Below are positions 1-13,339 of a DNA stretch of 33,877 bases, one piece after another. The DNA lies in contig JBBSUR010000002.1 of the NCBI GenBank assembly GCA_038234255.1, forward strand, positions 1-33,877, given 5' to 3'. The position numbers and the translations under genes were made by a program. How positions within the stretch are numbered: position 1 is the stretch's first letter; each line of letters begins with the position of its first letter. The DNA is from Mycobacteriales bacterium. GTDB taxonomy: Bacteria > Actinomycetota > Actinomycetes > Mycobacteriales > SCTD01. The notes beneath the pieces were generated by a model. It searched no databases, had not been told where the DNA came from, and was given only the letters and a program-made list of their open reading frames with translations.

Positions 1-1
1 C

Positions 2-1642
2 ACCGGCGCGGCGCAGGGCGGCATGTGCGCCGCACTGGCCAACGTGGAGGAAGACAACTGGGAGTGGCACACCTTCGACACGGTCAAGGGCGGCGACTAC
101 CTGGTCGACCAGGACGCCGCTGAGGTGATGTGCCGGGAGGCGATCGACGCGGTGCTGGACCTGGAGAAGATGGGACTTCCGTTCAACCGAACCCCCGAAG
201 GACGCATCGACCAGCGCCGCTTCGGCGGGCACACCCGCAACCACGGCGAGGCGGCCGTACGCCGGTCGTGCTTTGCCGCGGACCGCACCGGCCACATGAT
301 CCTGCAGACGCTCTACCAGCAGTGCGTCAAGCACGAGATCGACTTCTTCAACGAGTTCTACGTGCTGGACCTGATCTTCAGCGAAGTAGCCGGGGAGCGG
401 GTCACCTGCGGCGTCGTCGCCTACGAGCTGGCGACCGGCCAGACGCACGTGTTCCACACCAAAGCGGTGCTGTTCGCGACCGGCGGGTTCGGCAAGGTGT
501 TCAAGGTGACCTCCAACGCCCACACGCTGACCGGGGACGGCATGGGCATCGTCTACCGCAAGGGGCTGCCGCTGGAGGACATGGAGTTCTTCCAGTTCCA
601 CCCGACCGGCATCTGGAAGATGGGCATCCTGCTGACCGAGGGAGCTCGCGGGGAGGGCGGCATCCTGCGGAACTCCGATGGCGAGCGCTTCATGGAGCGC
701 TACGCCCCGACCATCAAGGACCTCGCGCCGCGCGACGTGGTCGCTCGCGCCATCTACACCGAGATCCGCCAGGGCCGCGGTTGCGGGCCGGCCGGTGACC
801 ACGTGCTGCTGGACCTCACCCACCTGCCGCCGGAGCAGCTCGACGCCAAGCTGCCCGACATCACCGAGTTCGCCCGCACCTACCTCGGCATCGAGCCTTA
901 TACCGACCCCATCCCGATCCAGCCCACGGCACACTATGCAATGGGCGGGGTCCCGACGACCGTCGACGCGCAGGTGCTGCGCAACAACACCGACGTCGTC
1001 CCCGGCCTGTTCGCTGCCGGTGAGGTGGCCTGCGTCTCGGTGCACGGGGCCAACCGGCTCGGCACCAACTCCCTGCTGGACATCAACGTCTTCGGCCGGC
1101 GCGGCGGGCTGGCCGCGGCGGCCTATGCCGACGCGCACGACTTCGTGCCGCTGCCCGATACGCCGGAGCGCGACACCCTCGCCCGGCTGCAACGCCTGCG
1201 CGACGGCGGTGGCACCGAGTTGGTCGCCGCCATCCGCTCGACGCTGCAGGAGACGATGGACGCCAACGCCTCGGTCTACCGCACCGAGGCGACGCTGAAG
1301 CAGGCCGCGAACGACATCGCCGCACTGAAGGACCGCTACCTGCGGGTCGGCGTCGCCGACCGTGGCGTGCGTTACAACACCGAGCTGCTCGAAGCGGTCG
1401 AGCTGGGCTTCCTGCTCGAGCTCGCCGAGTGCCTGGTCGTCTCGGCGACGGCGCGCACCGAGTCCCGCGGCGGTCACTTCCGCGAGGACTACCCGACCCG
1501 CGACGACGTCAACTTCCTGCGGCACACCATGGCGTACAAGGTCCCCGACGCCTCGGGGACGACCGGGTGGGCCTCGGACGTCCGGCTGGACTACAAGCCG
1601 GTCGTGCAGACCCGCTACGCACCGATGGAGCGGAAGTACTGA
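2..1642 (+). CDS. sdhA: succinate dehydrogenase/fumarate reductase flavoprotein subunit, 5'-truncated by window edge
   Basis: The frame is open from the window edge. Translation contains [33 protein letters not shown] and [11 protein letters not shown], all typical of SdhA/FrdA. The stop is 1 nt before the sdhB start. Confidence 0.95.
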   Translation, partial: TGAAQGGMCAALANVEEDNWEWHTFDTVKGGDYLVDQDAAEVMCREAIDAVLDLEKMGLPFNRTPEGRIDQRRFGGHTRNHGEAAVRRSCFAADRTGHMILQTLYQQCVKHEIDFFNEFYVLDLIFSEVAGERVTCGVVAYELATGQTHVFHTKAVLFATGGFGKVFKVTSNAHTLTGDGMGIVYRKGLPLEDMEFFQFHPTGIWKMGILLTEGARGEGGILRNSDGERFMERYAPTIKDLAPRDVVARAIYTEIRQGRGCGPAGDHVLLDLTHLPPEQLDAKLPDITEFARTYLGIEPYTDPIPIQPTAHYAMGGVPTTVDAQVLRNNTDVVPGLFAAGEVACVSVHGANRLGTNSLLDINVFGRRGGLAAAAYADAHDFVPLPDTPERDTLARLQRLRDGGGTELVAAIRSTLQETMDANASVYRTEATLKQAANDIAALKDRYLRVGVADRGVRYNTELLEAVELGFLLELAECLVVSATARTESRGGHFREDYPTRDDVNFLRHTMAYKVPDASGTTGWASDVRLDYKPVVQTRYAPMERKY

Positions 1643-1643
1643 G

Positions 1644-2396
<753 letters not shown>

Positions 2397-2432
2397 GCGG
2401 TCAGGGGCCGCCTCGGTCAGCGCCGGCCGCGG

Positions 2433-4807
<2,375 letters not shown>

Positions 4808-4811
<4 letters not shown>

Positions 4812-5029
4812 CGCGCGCGACGCCACAGCCGCACGCCGATCACCACCAGGGCCAGCCCCAGTGACATCGAGACCGCCGCCAGCGTGACATGCACCAGCAG
4901 GTACGCGGTAGGACCGTCGTCGAACGCCCTGTCGTCGGTAGCGACCACCCGGACGAAGTTGGGCCAGACCAGCAACGGCCACAACCCGGCCAGAACCAAG
5001 AAACCGGCCACCCGCCGAGGAAATCTCAT
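4808..5029 (-). CDS. small two-TM membrane protein (resembles the SCO4848 family)
   Basis: MRFPRRVAGFLVLAGLWPLLVWPNFV...AYLLVHVTLAAVSMSLGLALVVIGVRLWRRAR, 73 aa. Its TGA overlaps the uvrA-like ATG (ATGA overlap at 4808-4811). An alternative start at 5086 would overlap the divergent dacB ATG. Confidence 0.6.
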
Positions 5030-5084
5030 CGGGCCAGTGTCGTTGACCGGCGTGGGGCGGTCCTGCCGGTACGGTCCGGTCACC

Positions 5085-6245
5085 ATGTCGCTGTCCTCCT
5101 GCCTCGCTGCGGCCCTCGCCACCGTGACGCTTCTGCTGACTTCGGCCGTGCCGGTGTCGGCTGCCGACGGGCTCGGCGGGCCCGGGCTCGGCGGGACCGG
5201 CGTGCTGGTGTCCGCCGAGGCACCGGCGCTGCCCGAGGTCGCCGCTGCGAGCTGGGTCGTCGCCGACCTGGACACCGGCGAGGTGCTGGCGGCCAAGAAC
5301 GCGCACGGGCTCTACGCACCAGCGAGCACGCTCAAGATGCTCACCGCCGTGACGTTGCTGCCCGTGCTGGATGGCGGCCGCCTCGTGGTCCCGACCTTCG
5401 ACGACGTCAACGTCGACGGCACCAAAGTCGGCCTGGTCGAGCGGGTCAGCTATCCGGTGACCGAGCTGTTCGGCGCGATGCTGATGGTCTCGGCCAACGA
5501 TGCCGCCAACGTCCTGGCCTCGGCAGCGGGCGGGCAACTGGTGACCGCACAGCTGATGAACGACCGGGCCCGCGAGCTGGGCGCACTCGACACCCACGCG
5601 GTCAATCCGCACGGCCTGGACGCGACCGGACAGGTCAGTTCGGCCTACGACCTCGCGGTGATCGCCCGGGCCGGGCTGGCCGACCCACGGTTCGCCCGCT
5701 ACGTCAGCACCCGGCGGGCCAGCGTGGGGGCTCCCCTCGGCAAGCCGCGGATCGAGACGGTCAACAAGAACAAGCTGCTGCGCGACTACGCCGGGGCGCT
5801 CGGGGTCAAAAACGGCTACACCATAGCGGCGGGCGCGAGCTTCGTCGGAGCCGCCGAGCGCGACGGGCGGCGGCTGGTGGTCTCGATGATGCGCTCGGAC
5901 CCCAAGATCTTCGGCGAGGCGACGAAGCTGCTCGACTGGGGTTTCGCCGCGCAGGGTAGCCCCGCGGTGGGAAGCCTGCCGACCGAGCCGGAGAATCTTG
6001 CTCAGGTGAGCTCGGTCGTCGCGATCTCGGGCCGTTCCGCCTCCGCCTCTCCGCCCGTCCCGGGCGGCACCAGCCTTCCGGTGACGCTGGCCGGCCTGGG
6101 CCTGGCCGTCGCGGCGGTGGTCGCGGTGCGCCGGCCGGCGACAAGTCCGCCATTGCTAGCGACTAGCGGCGGACCAGGCCCTTCAAGGTGCGCAGAACAT
6201 AGAGCAGAACCGCCATGGCCACCATCCCGAACGCACCGGCGCTGA
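5085..6245 (+). CDS. D-alanyl-D-alanine carboxypeptidase (serine peptidase S11, low-MW PBP)
   Basis: The ATG at 5085 gives the signal peptide MSLSSCLAAALATVTLLLTSAVPVSAADG. Motifs present are SxxK (ASTLK), SxN (SAND) and a KTG-like KNG, plus a C-terminal TM anchor LAGLGLAVAAVVAV. The track ORF upstream of 5085 is antisense to the uvrA-like gene. Confidence 0.85.
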   Translation: MSLSSCLAAALATVTLLLTSAVPVSAADGLGGPGLGGTGVLVSAEAPALPEVAAASWVVADLDTGEVLAAKNAHGLYAPASTLKMLTAVTLLPVLDGGRLVVPTFDDVNVDGTKVGLVERVSYPVTELFGAMLMVSANDAANVLASAAGGQLVTAQLMNDRARELGALDTHAVNPHGLDATGQVSSAYDLAVIARAGLADPRFARYVSTRRASVGAPLGKPRIETVNKNKLLRDYAGALGVKNGYTIAAGASFVGAAERDGRRLVVSMMRSDPKIFGEATKLLDWGFAAQGSPAVGSLPTEPENLAQVSSVVAISGRSASASPPVPGGTSLPVTLAGLGLAVAAVVAVRRPATSPPLLATSGGPGPSRCAEHRAEPPWPPSRTHRR

Positions 6246-7281
6246 ACTGGGCCGCCTGCCGGACGCGGACCTCGTGTCGGGCGGGTGGAGCGGTCGGGTG
6301 GGTGGGCCCGGTCGGCTCCTGCCACGGCGGCGCCGGCTCGTCCGGGCCATCCTCCACCAGGTCAGGGTCGATGTTGGCCTGAATCGCGAGCGCGACGCTG
6401 GCGGTCCCGGACGGGGCGACATCGGAGTCGTACGGCGCGGTGACGGTCCACGCTGCGCAGAGCAGCAGCATCCGGGAGACGACGTTGATCCAGACCAGCA
6501 GGCCGACGATGACGGCGAAGGCGCCGTACAGCGGGTTCTCGGTGGTGCGCTCGATGTAGATCGCGCCGACCCGCTTGAGCAACTCGAACAGCACTGCGGC
6601 GAGCACAGCGCCCTGCAGGATCCGGCGGAACGGCGTCTGCACCTTGGGCAGGCGGTAGAACAGGAACAGGAACAGGCCGGTACTGGTCAGTAGACCGAGG
6701 AAGATTCCGACCACCTTGGCGAGCACCACGGCGGGAAGGTCCTCGTCCAGGCGCACCAGCTCCAGCGCGAACCCGGTGAAGGCCCCCGTCGCCGCCGAGA
6801 CGCCCACCGACACGAGCACCGTCAGACCCAAGCCGGCCAGGATGAGGGCGTCCTTGGCCTTCTTGACCACGATGTTGCCGGCGTCGATGTTGTGGTGCCA
6901 CATCGCCCGGATCGCCTGGCGCAGCGCGTCCACCCAGCCCAGGCCGGAGTAGAGCAGGGCGAGCAGGCCGACCAGGCCGGTGACCCCGGCCTTGGTGTTC
7001 TTGGCGAGGATGTCGCGTAACTCGAGTTGGTCGGCGAGGCCGGGGGCGTAGGCGTGGACCTGGTTCACTACCGTGCCGATCGCCTCCTCGCCCAGGAACA
7101 GGGCCAGCAGTGAGGCGGCCACGGCGAGCAGCGGGAAGAACGACAGGAATCCGAAGAAGGTCACCGCGGCGGCCTGCCGGTCTCCCCCGTCGGCCTGGTA
7201 GCGGCCGAAGGCCCGGATCAGGTGATCGAAGAAGGGGCGACGCTCGCGCGCCCGCGACAGGACCGCCTGGGGAGAGACCAT
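6163..7281 (-). CDS. YihY/virulence factor BrkB family membrane protein
   Basis: N-terminus MVSPQAVLSRARERRPFFDHLIRAFGRYQADGGDRQAAAVTFFGFLSFFPLL followed by multiple TM helices. An alternative GTG start lies at 7290. The 3' end overlaps the dacB tail convergently. Confidence 0.8.
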   Translation of the reverse strand: MVSPQAVLSRARERRPFFDHLIRAFGRYQADGGDRQAAAVTFFGFLSFFPLLAVAASLLALFLGEEAIGTVVNQVHAYAPGLADQLELRDILAKNTKAGVTGLVGLLALLYSGLGWVDALRQAIRAMWHHNIDAGNIVVKKAKDALILAGLGLTVLVSVGVSAATGAFTGFALELVRLDEDLPAVVLAKVVGIFLGLLTSTGLFLFLFYRLPKVQTPFRRILQGAVLAAVLFELLKRVGAIYIERTTENPLYGAFAVIVGLLVWINVVSRMLLLCAAWTVTAPYDSDVAPSGTASVALAIQANIDPDLVEDGPDEPAPPWQEPTGPTHPTAPPARHEVRVRQAAQFSAGAFGMVAMAVLLYVLRTLKGLVRR

Positions 7282-7334
7282 GGCGCGCACCTACCCGCCG
7301 GACCAGCCGGCGACGCACGCAGGTGATCTTCGCC

Positions 7335-7892
7335 TCAACGGTGACCCTCCGGTTCGACCGGCCCTGGCAGGCCGACAGCACCGAACGGGAAGTCCCGCTG
7401 TGGCCGCCAGACGCCGTACGGGTCCTGCTCGAACAGGGTGAAGCCCCATACGGTGAACGACGCGTCAAAGGTGGCCAGCGCGGACAGCGCCTCGTCCAGC
7501 GCCGGGTTCGGCAGGTCGTGGGCCACCGTGACGTGCGGGTGGAAGGGAAAGTCCAGCTCGCGGTGGAGTAGACCAGAGCGCACCTTGGCCTGGATCCGCT
7601 CGGCATCGAGGATGCCCTGGACCAGCGGCACGAACACCACCGGCGAGACCGGCCGGAAGCTCTGCGTGCCGCGCAGTCGCATCAGGAAGGGATGCTCGGC
7701 GGCAGCGACGACGCGCAGGTGCTCCTCGATGTCGGACAACTTCTCCGCCGCAAGCGACGTCGGCGGAAGCAAGGTCACGTGAGGGGGGATGCGGGCCGCA
7801 CGGGGGTCGCCGAGTCGCTCGCGCCACTCCTGCAACTCGCTGGTCCACGGCTCGGGGATGCCGAAGGCGACCCCGAAGTCCCCTCGCCCCAT
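7335..7892 (-). CDS. 2'-5' RNA ligase / 2H phosphoesterase superfamily protein
   Basis: Two H-x-T/S-x motifs (PHVTLLPP and HPHVTVAH) are spaced as in LigT-like 2H enzymes. The ATG directly abuts the trpS TGA (TGAATG). Confidence 0.8.
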   Translation of the reverse strand: MGRGDFGVAFGIPEPWTSELQEWRERLGDPRAARIPPHVTLLPPTSLAAEKLSDIEEHLRVVAAAEHPFLMRLRGTQSFRPVSPVVFVPLVQGILDAERIQAKVRSGLLHRELDFPFHPHVTVAHDLPNPALDEALSALATFDASFTVWGFTLFEQDPYGVWRPQRDFPFGAVGLPGPVEPEGHR

Positions 7893-8924
7893 TCAGCCCC
7901 CCTGCCGAGTGGGGGCCAGCAGACCTACCCGGTCGCGGACCGCAGTCATCGTCTGGTCCGCCACCTCCCGCGCCCGGGCGGCCCCCTCGGCGAGGACCGC
8001 GTCCAGGCGTGCCGGGTCAGCGATGAGCTCGCGGTAGCGTTCGCGCACCGGCGCGAACAGCTCGATCAGCGCCGCGGCGACGTCGGCTTTGAAGTCGCCG
8101 TATCCCTTTGCGGTGTAGACCCTTTCCAGCTCGCCGACCGGGGTGCCGGTGGCCACGGACAAGATGGTGAGCAGGTTGCTGATGCCGGGTTTGTCGTCGG
8201 CAACGCGTACCTCCCGGCCGGTGTCGGTGACCGCGCTTCTGATTTTCTTGGTGATCGTCTTCGGGTCGTCGAGCACCCAGACGGTGCCGCTGCCGCCGAT
8301 GCTCTTGCTCATCTTGCGGGCCGGCTGCTGCAGGTCCCTGATCCGTTCGCCCGGATGACCGGCGTACGGCGCCGGAAGCGTGAACGTCGTCCCGTACCGG
8401 CTGTTGAAGCGCTGCGCGAGGTCGCGGGTGAGCTCCAGGTGCTGTCGCTGGTCCTCCCCGATCGGGACGGCGTCGGCCTGGTACATCAGGATGTCGGCCG
8501 CCTGCAGGACCGGGTAGTAGAACAGCCCGACGCTGGCCGACGCCCCCCCGGCCGCGCTCTTGTCCTTGAACTGCGTCATGCGGCTCGCCTCGCCGTAGCC
8601 GGTGATGCAGGCGAACACCCAACTGAGCTCGGCGTGCTGCGGCAGGTGGCTCTGCGCGAACAGGGTGCTCCTGGCCGGGTCGACTCCCATCGCGAGCAGC
8701 TCGGCGACCGACTCGCGGGTGCGGGCTCGAAGCCGATCGGCCTCCGGTGTCTCGGTCAGCGCATGGAGGTCGGCGAGGAAGAAGAAGCACTCGTTCTCGT
8801 CCTGCATCGTCGCCCAGTGCCGCACCGCCCCGACGTAGTTGCCGAGCTGGAAGCTCTGCCCGGTGGGACGGATGCCGCTCAGGACGCGTGGCCGGTGGTG
8901 GGGATCGGGGGGCATGACCGTCAT
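7893..8924 (-). CDS. trpS: tryptophan--tRNA ligase
   Basis: RVLSGIRPTGQSFQLGNYVGA (HIGH-region equivalent), KMSKS present, length about 343 aa. Start ATG at 8924 or 8915 (GAAAGG upstream). The rest of the 495-aa track ORF lies upstream inside icd. Confidence 0.92.
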   Translation of the reverse strand: MTVMPPDPHHRPRVLSGIRPTGQSFQLGNYVGAVRHWATMQDENECFFFLADLHALTETPEADRLRARTRESVAELLAMGVDPARSTLFAQSHLPQHAELSWVFACITGYGEASRMTQFKDKSAAGGASASVGLFYYPVLQAADILMYQADAVPIGEDQRQHLELTRDLAQRFNSRYGTTFTLPAPYAGHPGERIRDLQQPARKMSKSIGGSGTVWVLDDPKTITKKIRSAVTDTGREVRVADDKPGISNLLTILSVATGTPVGELERVYTAKGYGDFKADVAAALIELFAPVRERYRELIADPARLDAVLAEGAARAREVADQTMTAVRDRVGLLAPTRQGG

Positions 8925-8938
8925 CCTTTCATCGGTCG

Positions 8939-10156
8939 CTACCGAGCCATCGCCTTTTGCAGGTTGCCGTCGATCGCCGCGAGAAACTCCTGGGTGGTCA
9001 GGTAGGGCTGGTCCCGGGAGACGAGCGACGCGAGGTCCTTGGTCATTGCGCCGTCCTCTACTGTGCGGACGCAGACCTTCTCCAGGGTCTGTGCGAAATC
9101 GGTGACCTCCGGGGTCGCGTCCATCTGGCCGCGATAGGTCAGGCCCTGCGTCCAGGCGAAGATGGATGCGATCGGGTTGGTGGAGGTCGCATTGCCCTTC
9201 TGGTGCTCGCGGAAGTGCCGGGTGACGGTGCCGTGTGCAGCCTCCGCCTCCACCGTCTTGCCATCCGGGGTCCGCAACACCGACGTCATCAGCCCCAGTG
9301 AGCCGAAGCCCTGGGCAACGGTGTCGGATTGCACATCGCCGTCGTAGTTCTTGCACGCCCAGACGTACCCGCCCTCCCACTTCATCGCCGCCGCCACCAT
9401 GTCGTCGATGAGCCGGTGCTCGTAGCCGATGCCAGCCACCTCGAACTCGCCCCGGAACTCCTGGTCGTACACCTCCTGGAACAGGTCCTTGAAGCGCCCG
9501 TCATAAGCCTTCATGATCGTGTTCTTCGTCGACAGGTAGACCGGCAGACCACGGTCCAGCCCGTAGCGCAACGAAGCCCGGGCGAAGTCCCGGATCGACG
9601 AGTCCAGGTTGTACATCGCCATCGCGATCCCACCCCCAGGGAATTCGAACACCGTGTGCTCGATCGGCGCAGAGCCGTCCTTGGGGGTGAACGTCAGCGT
9701 GAGCGTCCCCTCGCCGGGCACCACCAGGTCGGTCGCCTTGTACTGGTCGCCGAAGGCGTGCCGGCCGATGATGATCGGCTTGGTCCAACCGGGCACCAGC
9801 CGCGGGATGTTGGAGATGATGATCGGCTCGCGGAAGATGACCCCTCCGAGGATGTTGCGGATCGTGCCGTTGGGCGACTTCCACATCTGCTTCAGACCGA
9901 ACTCCTCGACCCGCGCCTCGTCCGGCGTGATCGTCGCGCACTTCACCGCCACGCCGTACTTCTGGGTGGCGAGGGCGCTGTCGACGGTGACCTGGTCGTC
10001 GGTTGCGTCGCGTGACTCGATGCCCAGGTCGTAGTACTTCAGGTCGATGTCGAGGTAGGGCAGGATCAACTGCTCCTTGATGAACGACCAGAGGATGCGG
10101 GTCATCTCGTCGCCGTCCATCTCGACGATCGGGTTCTGCACATGAATCTTCGGCAT
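8939..10156 (-). CDS. icd: NADP-dependent isocitrate dehydrogenase (about 405-aa dimeric type)
   Basis: [23 protein letters not shown]...KCATITPDE...[12 protein letters not shown]...GRHAFGDQY, characteristic of the IDH1/Icd1-type enzyme. Confidence 0.95.
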   Translation of the reverse strand: MPKIHVQNPIVEMDGDEMTRILWSFIKEQLILPYLDIDLKYYDLGIESRDATDDQVTVDSALATQKYGVAVKCATITPDEARVEEFGLKQMWKSPNGTIRNILGGVIFREPIIISNIPRLVPGWTKPIIIGRHAFGDQYKATDLVVPGEGTLTLTFTPKDGSAPIEHTVFEFPGGGIAMAMYNLDSSIRDFARASLRYGLDRGLPVYLSTKNTIMKAYDGRFKDLFQEVYDQEFRGEFEVAGIGYEHRLIDDMVAAAMKWEGGYVWACKNYDGDVQSDTVAQGFGSLGLMTSVLRTPDGKTVEAEAAHGTVTRHFREHQKGNATSTNPIASIFAWTQGLTYRGQMDATPEVTDFAQTLEKVCVRTVEDGAMTKDLASLVSRDQPYLTTQEFLAAIDGNLQKAMAR

Positions 10157-10233
10157 GCGTAGCTACCGCTTTCTGGCGACCCTGACGGCGCCGATCATGA
10201 GACGGAGAAGCAAGGCGTACGACGGGTCATCGG

Positions 10234-10251
10234 CATGCCACATGTCGCATC
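10234..10251. promoter_or_regulatory. 18-bp near-perfect palindrome GATGCCACATGTCGCATC in the mdh-icd intergenic region
   Basis: Read directly from the sequence. 16 of 18 positions are self-complementary around an ACATGT core. It lies 78-95 nt upstream of the icd ATG. Confidence 0.3.
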
Positions 10252-10325
10252 GGGGTGCCGGCGTGCTCAACTCAGGACGATGATCCTCTCACGCTGTTAG
10301 GCCGAATCCGCGTCATCCTTACCGG

Positions 10326-11315
10326 TCAGGCCAGCAGACCGAGTGCGCGTACGGCATCGCGTTCCTCGACCAGCTCGGCCACCGAGGCGTCGATCCGGCC
10401 GCGGGAGAACTCATCGATCTGGAGTCCCTGCACGATCTGCCAACGACCGTCAGCGCAGGTGAGCGGGAAGGACGACATCAGACCCGGTGGCACACCGTAC
10501 GAGCCGTCGGAGGACACGGCGGCCGACACCCAGTCGCCGTCGGGAGTGCCCAGGACCCAGTCGTGCACGTGGTCGATGGCCGCATTGGCCGCCGAGGCCG
10601 CTGAGGACGCGCCGCGGGCCTTGATGACCGCGGCTCCCCGTTGCGCGACGGTCGGGATGAACGTGTCGCGAAGCCAGGTGTCGTCGCCGACCGCCTCGCG
10701 GGCCGGTCGGCCGCCGACCGTGGCGTGCGACCAGTCCGGGTACTGCGTCGCCGAGTGGTTGCCCCATATGGTCATCCGGGCGACGTCCTGCACCGACGCG
10801 CCGGTCCTGATCGCCAGTTGCGACAGCGCGCGGTTGTGGTCGAGTCGGGTCATGCCCGTGAAGCGCTCGGCGGGGATGTCCGGTGCCGCTGTCGCCGCGA
10901 TCAGCGCATTGGTGTTCGCCGGGTTGCCGACCACCAGTACCCGGATGTCATCGGCAGCGACCGCATCGAGCGCCCGGCCCTGAGGGCGAAAGATACCGCC
11001 ATTGGCGGACAGCAGGTCGCCGCGCTCCATCCCGGCCGTACGCGGTCGCGATCCCACCAGCAGCGCGATGTTCGCGCCCTCGAAGGCGACCATCGGGTCA
11101 GCGGTGAGCTCGACGCCCTCCAGCAGCGGGAAGGCGCAGTCCTGCAGTTCCATCGCGGTGCCCTCGGCAGCGGCGAGTGCCGGTTCGATCTCGAGCAGCC
11201 GGAGCCTTATCGGCGTGTCGGGGCCGAGCATCGAGCCCGCGGCGATGCGGAAGAGCAACGCGTAGCCGATCTGGCCCGCCGCTCCGGTGACCGTGACCGT
11301 GACTGTTCCTGACAT
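10326..11315 (-). CDS. mdh: malate dehydrogenase
   Basis: The internal ATG at 11315 gives [25 protein letters not shown] (Rossmann GxxGxxG). Also [10 protein letters not shown] and [12 protein letters not shown]. The upstream 176 codons of the track ORF overlap DUF3017 and the non-coding region upstream of mdh and are not part of the gene. Confidence 0.95.
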   Translation of the reverse strand: MSGTVTVTVTGAAGQIGYALLFRIAAGSMLGPDTPIRLRLLEIEPALAAAEGTAMELQDCAFPLLEGVELTADPMVAFEGANIALLVGSRPRTAGMERGDLLSANGGIFRPQGRALDAVAADDIRVLVVGNPANTNALIAATAAPDIPAERFTGMTRLDHNRALSQLAIRTGASVQDVARMTIWGNHSATQYPDWSHATVGGRPAREAVGDDTWLRDTFIPTVAQRGAAVIKARGASSAASAANAAIDHVHDWVLGTPDGDWVSAAVSSDGSYGVPPGLMSSFPLTCADGRWQIVQGLQIDEFSRGRIDASVAELVEERDAVRALGLLA

Positions 11316-11376
11316 GTCCGGCAGGGTACGAGGTCGTGTTCGGCCACCCCCGGGCGGCTGGTGGAGGAGGGCGGCG

Positions 11377-11727
11377 TCAGATGTCCGGGATCGTGTTGGC
11401 CAGCACGAGGATCGAGAAGCCGAGCAGCAACAGGCACGACGCGTCCAGGCCACGGGTGCGCACGACGAGCCAGCCTGCCTGCCGGGTCGGCAGGCTGAGC
11501 CGGAGTCCGGCGGCGAGCAGGAGCGCCAGGCCGATGACGATGACTCCGGGACGAGCATCGACGGTGGCGACGAGCCACAGTCCCGCAGCGGCCACCGCCA
11601 GGACGGCCAGTGCCGGAAGTTGTCGCAACCGCACCTGCACCTCCCCGGATCGGCTGCAGCGTACGGCGGCCTCCGCTGGCGTGTACACGGCGTCGGTGCG
11701 GGTATCCGTCTCCTGTGCCGACTCCAC
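11377..11727 (-). CDS. small integral membrane protein (DUF3017-like)
   Basis: Three hydrophobic helices ([46 protein letters not shown]). It occupies the folD-proximal position usual for this family. An alternative GTG start lies at 11688. Confidence 0.6.
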   Translation of the reverse strand: MESAQETDTRTDAVYTPAEAAVRCSRSGEVQVRLRQLPALAVLAVAAAGLWLVATVDARPGVIVIGLALLLAAGLRLSLPTRQAGWLVVRTRGLDASCLLLLGFSILVLANTIPDI

Positions 11728-12329
11728 GACTGACCCGTGAGGAGTCGGGAGAGGCCTTCCTGTTGACCGCAGCCGTCACCAGTGTCGGTCGCGGAGCCGG
11801 CGTCGACATCGTGCTGAACGATCCGAGCGTCTCCCGCTTGCACGCCGAACTGGTTCGACGCGGCTCCTACGTGTACGTCACCGATCTGGGGCTGTCCACC
11901 AACGGCACCCGGGTGAACGGCCGACCGGTGGGACGTCGGGTGCTGCTGGAGGGTGACGTCATCTCCTTCGGAGCGGCGCGCACCCGGATCAGCGGGCTGG
12001 CGGGCGACCAGCAGGCCGACGACACCGCCGAGTTACGCCGCATGTCGACCCCGGAGTTGACCCGGCGGGAGGTCGAGGTGCTCAGCGCGCTGTGCCGCCC
12101 GGCGCTGCAACAGGACCCGTTCGTCGCGCCGGCGACCGCCCGCGACATCGCCGAGGAGTTGGTGGTGACCGAAGCGGCGGTCAAGCAGCACCTGCTGCGC
12201 CTGTATGTCAAGTTCCGGATCGACGAGGGCATCAACCGGCGGGCCCGCCTGGCCAATGAGGTCGTCAGCTCGGGGGTCGTACGACCGCTGCCGACCGTGG
12301 TGGAGGCGAGCATCCGCCGGGCCGGTTGA
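11715..12329 (+). CDS. FHA domain / LuxR-type HTH transcriptional regulator
   Basis: FHA signatures are [29 protein letters not shown] and GDVISFG. The C-terminal LuxR HTH is [12 protein letters not shown]...[26 protein letters not shown]. The GTG at 11715 is chosen because third-position G+C is low upstream of it. The start is uncertain (track start 11610). Confidence 0.8.
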   Translation: MPTPRLTREESGEAFLLTAAVTSVGRGAGVDIVLNDPSVSRLHAELVRRGSYVYVTDLGLSTNGTRVNGRPVGRRVLLEGDVISFGAARTRISGLAGDQQADDTAELRRMSTPELTRREVEVLSALCRPALQQDPFVAPATARDIAEELVVTEAAVKQHLLRLYVKFRIDEGINRRARLANEVVSSGVVRPLPTVVEASIRRAG

Positions 12330-12351
12330 CCGTCCGGTCGCCGGTCGGTCA
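12327..12351. terminator. compact hairpin spanning both convergent stop codons (FHA-LuxR TGA and folD TGA)
   Basis: TGACCG-t-CCGG-tcg-CCGG-t-CGGTCA gives 6+4 bp of stem with one T/T mismatch. There is no U-tract, so terminator function is inferred. Confidence 0.4.
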
Positions 12352-13245
12352 GTCGCGCAGGCCGCACCGACGCTCGGCCGCCTCGACGCAGTTGCGGAAC
12401 AGCATCGCCACCGTCGTCGGTCCCACCCCACCGATCCGGGGGGTGATCGCGCCCGCCACCTCGTTGCAGGCCTCGTCGACATCGGGCAGCAGCCGCCGGC
12501 CCTCGTAGCGCACCCCGCCGCCGACGACGGTGACACCGGGACTCAGGTGCTCCGGCTGCAGGATCCCGGGGACACCTGCGGCAGCCACGACGATCGACGC
12601 CCGCCGGGTGTAGCGCGCCCAGTCCGGCACGCCGGTGTGCACCACGGTGACCGCCGCGTTCGCGGTGGGCCGCTTCTGGGTGAGCAGCAAGGCCAGCGGG
12701 CGACCGAGGGTGGTGCCCCGACCGAGCACGCAGACCTCCTGGCCGGCCACCGGGATGTCGTAGTGGGCGAGCAATGCCTCGATGCCGGCGGGGGTGCAGG
12801 GCACCGGCCCCGGCATACCGAGGGCCAGCCGGCCCATGTTGAGCGGGTGCAGCCCGTCGACGTCCTTGTCGGGGTCCATTTCCAGAAGCGCTGCCTCGAA
12901 GTCGACCTGCGGTGGAGTCGGGTGCTGCAGCAGCATCGCGTCGACCGTGGCGTCCTCGTTGAACTCGCGGATCGCCCGGACCAGGTCGGCCTGGGTCGCC
13001 TCGTCGGACAGGTGCCGGTGCGGGCTGGTCATCCCCAGTTCGGCGGCCTTGGCCATCTTCATGCTCACGTAGCCGCCGCTGGAGCTGTCGCTGCCGACGA
13101 GGATCGTGCCGAGGCCGGGCCGGTGGCCGGCCGCGACCAGAGTGGCGATGCGCGGCCGCAGCTCGCTGAGCACGGCCTCGGCGACGGGGGCTCCGGGCAA
13201 CAGGCGGGCGGTCACGGTCGCCGAGCCTAGTGTCCGGGCGGTCAC
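12349..13245 (-). CDS. folD: bifunctional methylenetetrahydrofolate dehydrogenase/cyclohydrolase
   Basis: ILVGSDSSSGGYVSMKMK, DVDGLHPLNMGRL, PCTPAGI, VLGRGTTLGRPLA and PRIGGVGPTTVAML. GTG start at 13245; an alternative in-frame GTG at 13215 (VTARLLPG) fits typical N-termini better. Confidence 0.93.
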   Translation of the reverse strand: MTARTLGSATVTARLLPGAPVAEAVLSELRPRIATLVAAGHRPGLGTILVGSDSSSGGYVSMKMAKAAELGMTSPHRHLSDEATQADLVRAIREFNEDATVDAMLLQHPTPPQVDFEAALLEMDPDKDVDGLHPLNMGRLALGMPGPVPCTPAGIEALLAHYDIPVAGQEVCVLGRGTTLGRPLALLLTQKRPTANAAVTVVHTGVPDWARYTRRASIVVAAAGVPGILQPEHLSPGVTVVGGGVRYEGRRLLPDVDEACNEVAGAITPRIGGVGPTTVAMLFRNCVEAAERRCGLRD

Positions 13246-13267
13246 GGACCGGCCTACCTGCGACGTA

Positions 13268-13339
13268 GACCCTCCACCTCGCCACGATCCGGGCCAGCAC
13301 GAGGAGCCCGCCCCCCGATGGCGCCCCAGGTGGAGGGTC
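13268..13339 (-). repeat. 12-bp perfect inverted repeat (GACCCTCCACCT / AGGTGGAGGGTC) with a 48-nt spacer in the purH-folD intergenic region
   Basis: Read directly: plus strand 13268-13279 is the reverse complement of 13328-13339. Further nested short stems occur between 13340 and 13423. Confidence 0.7.
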
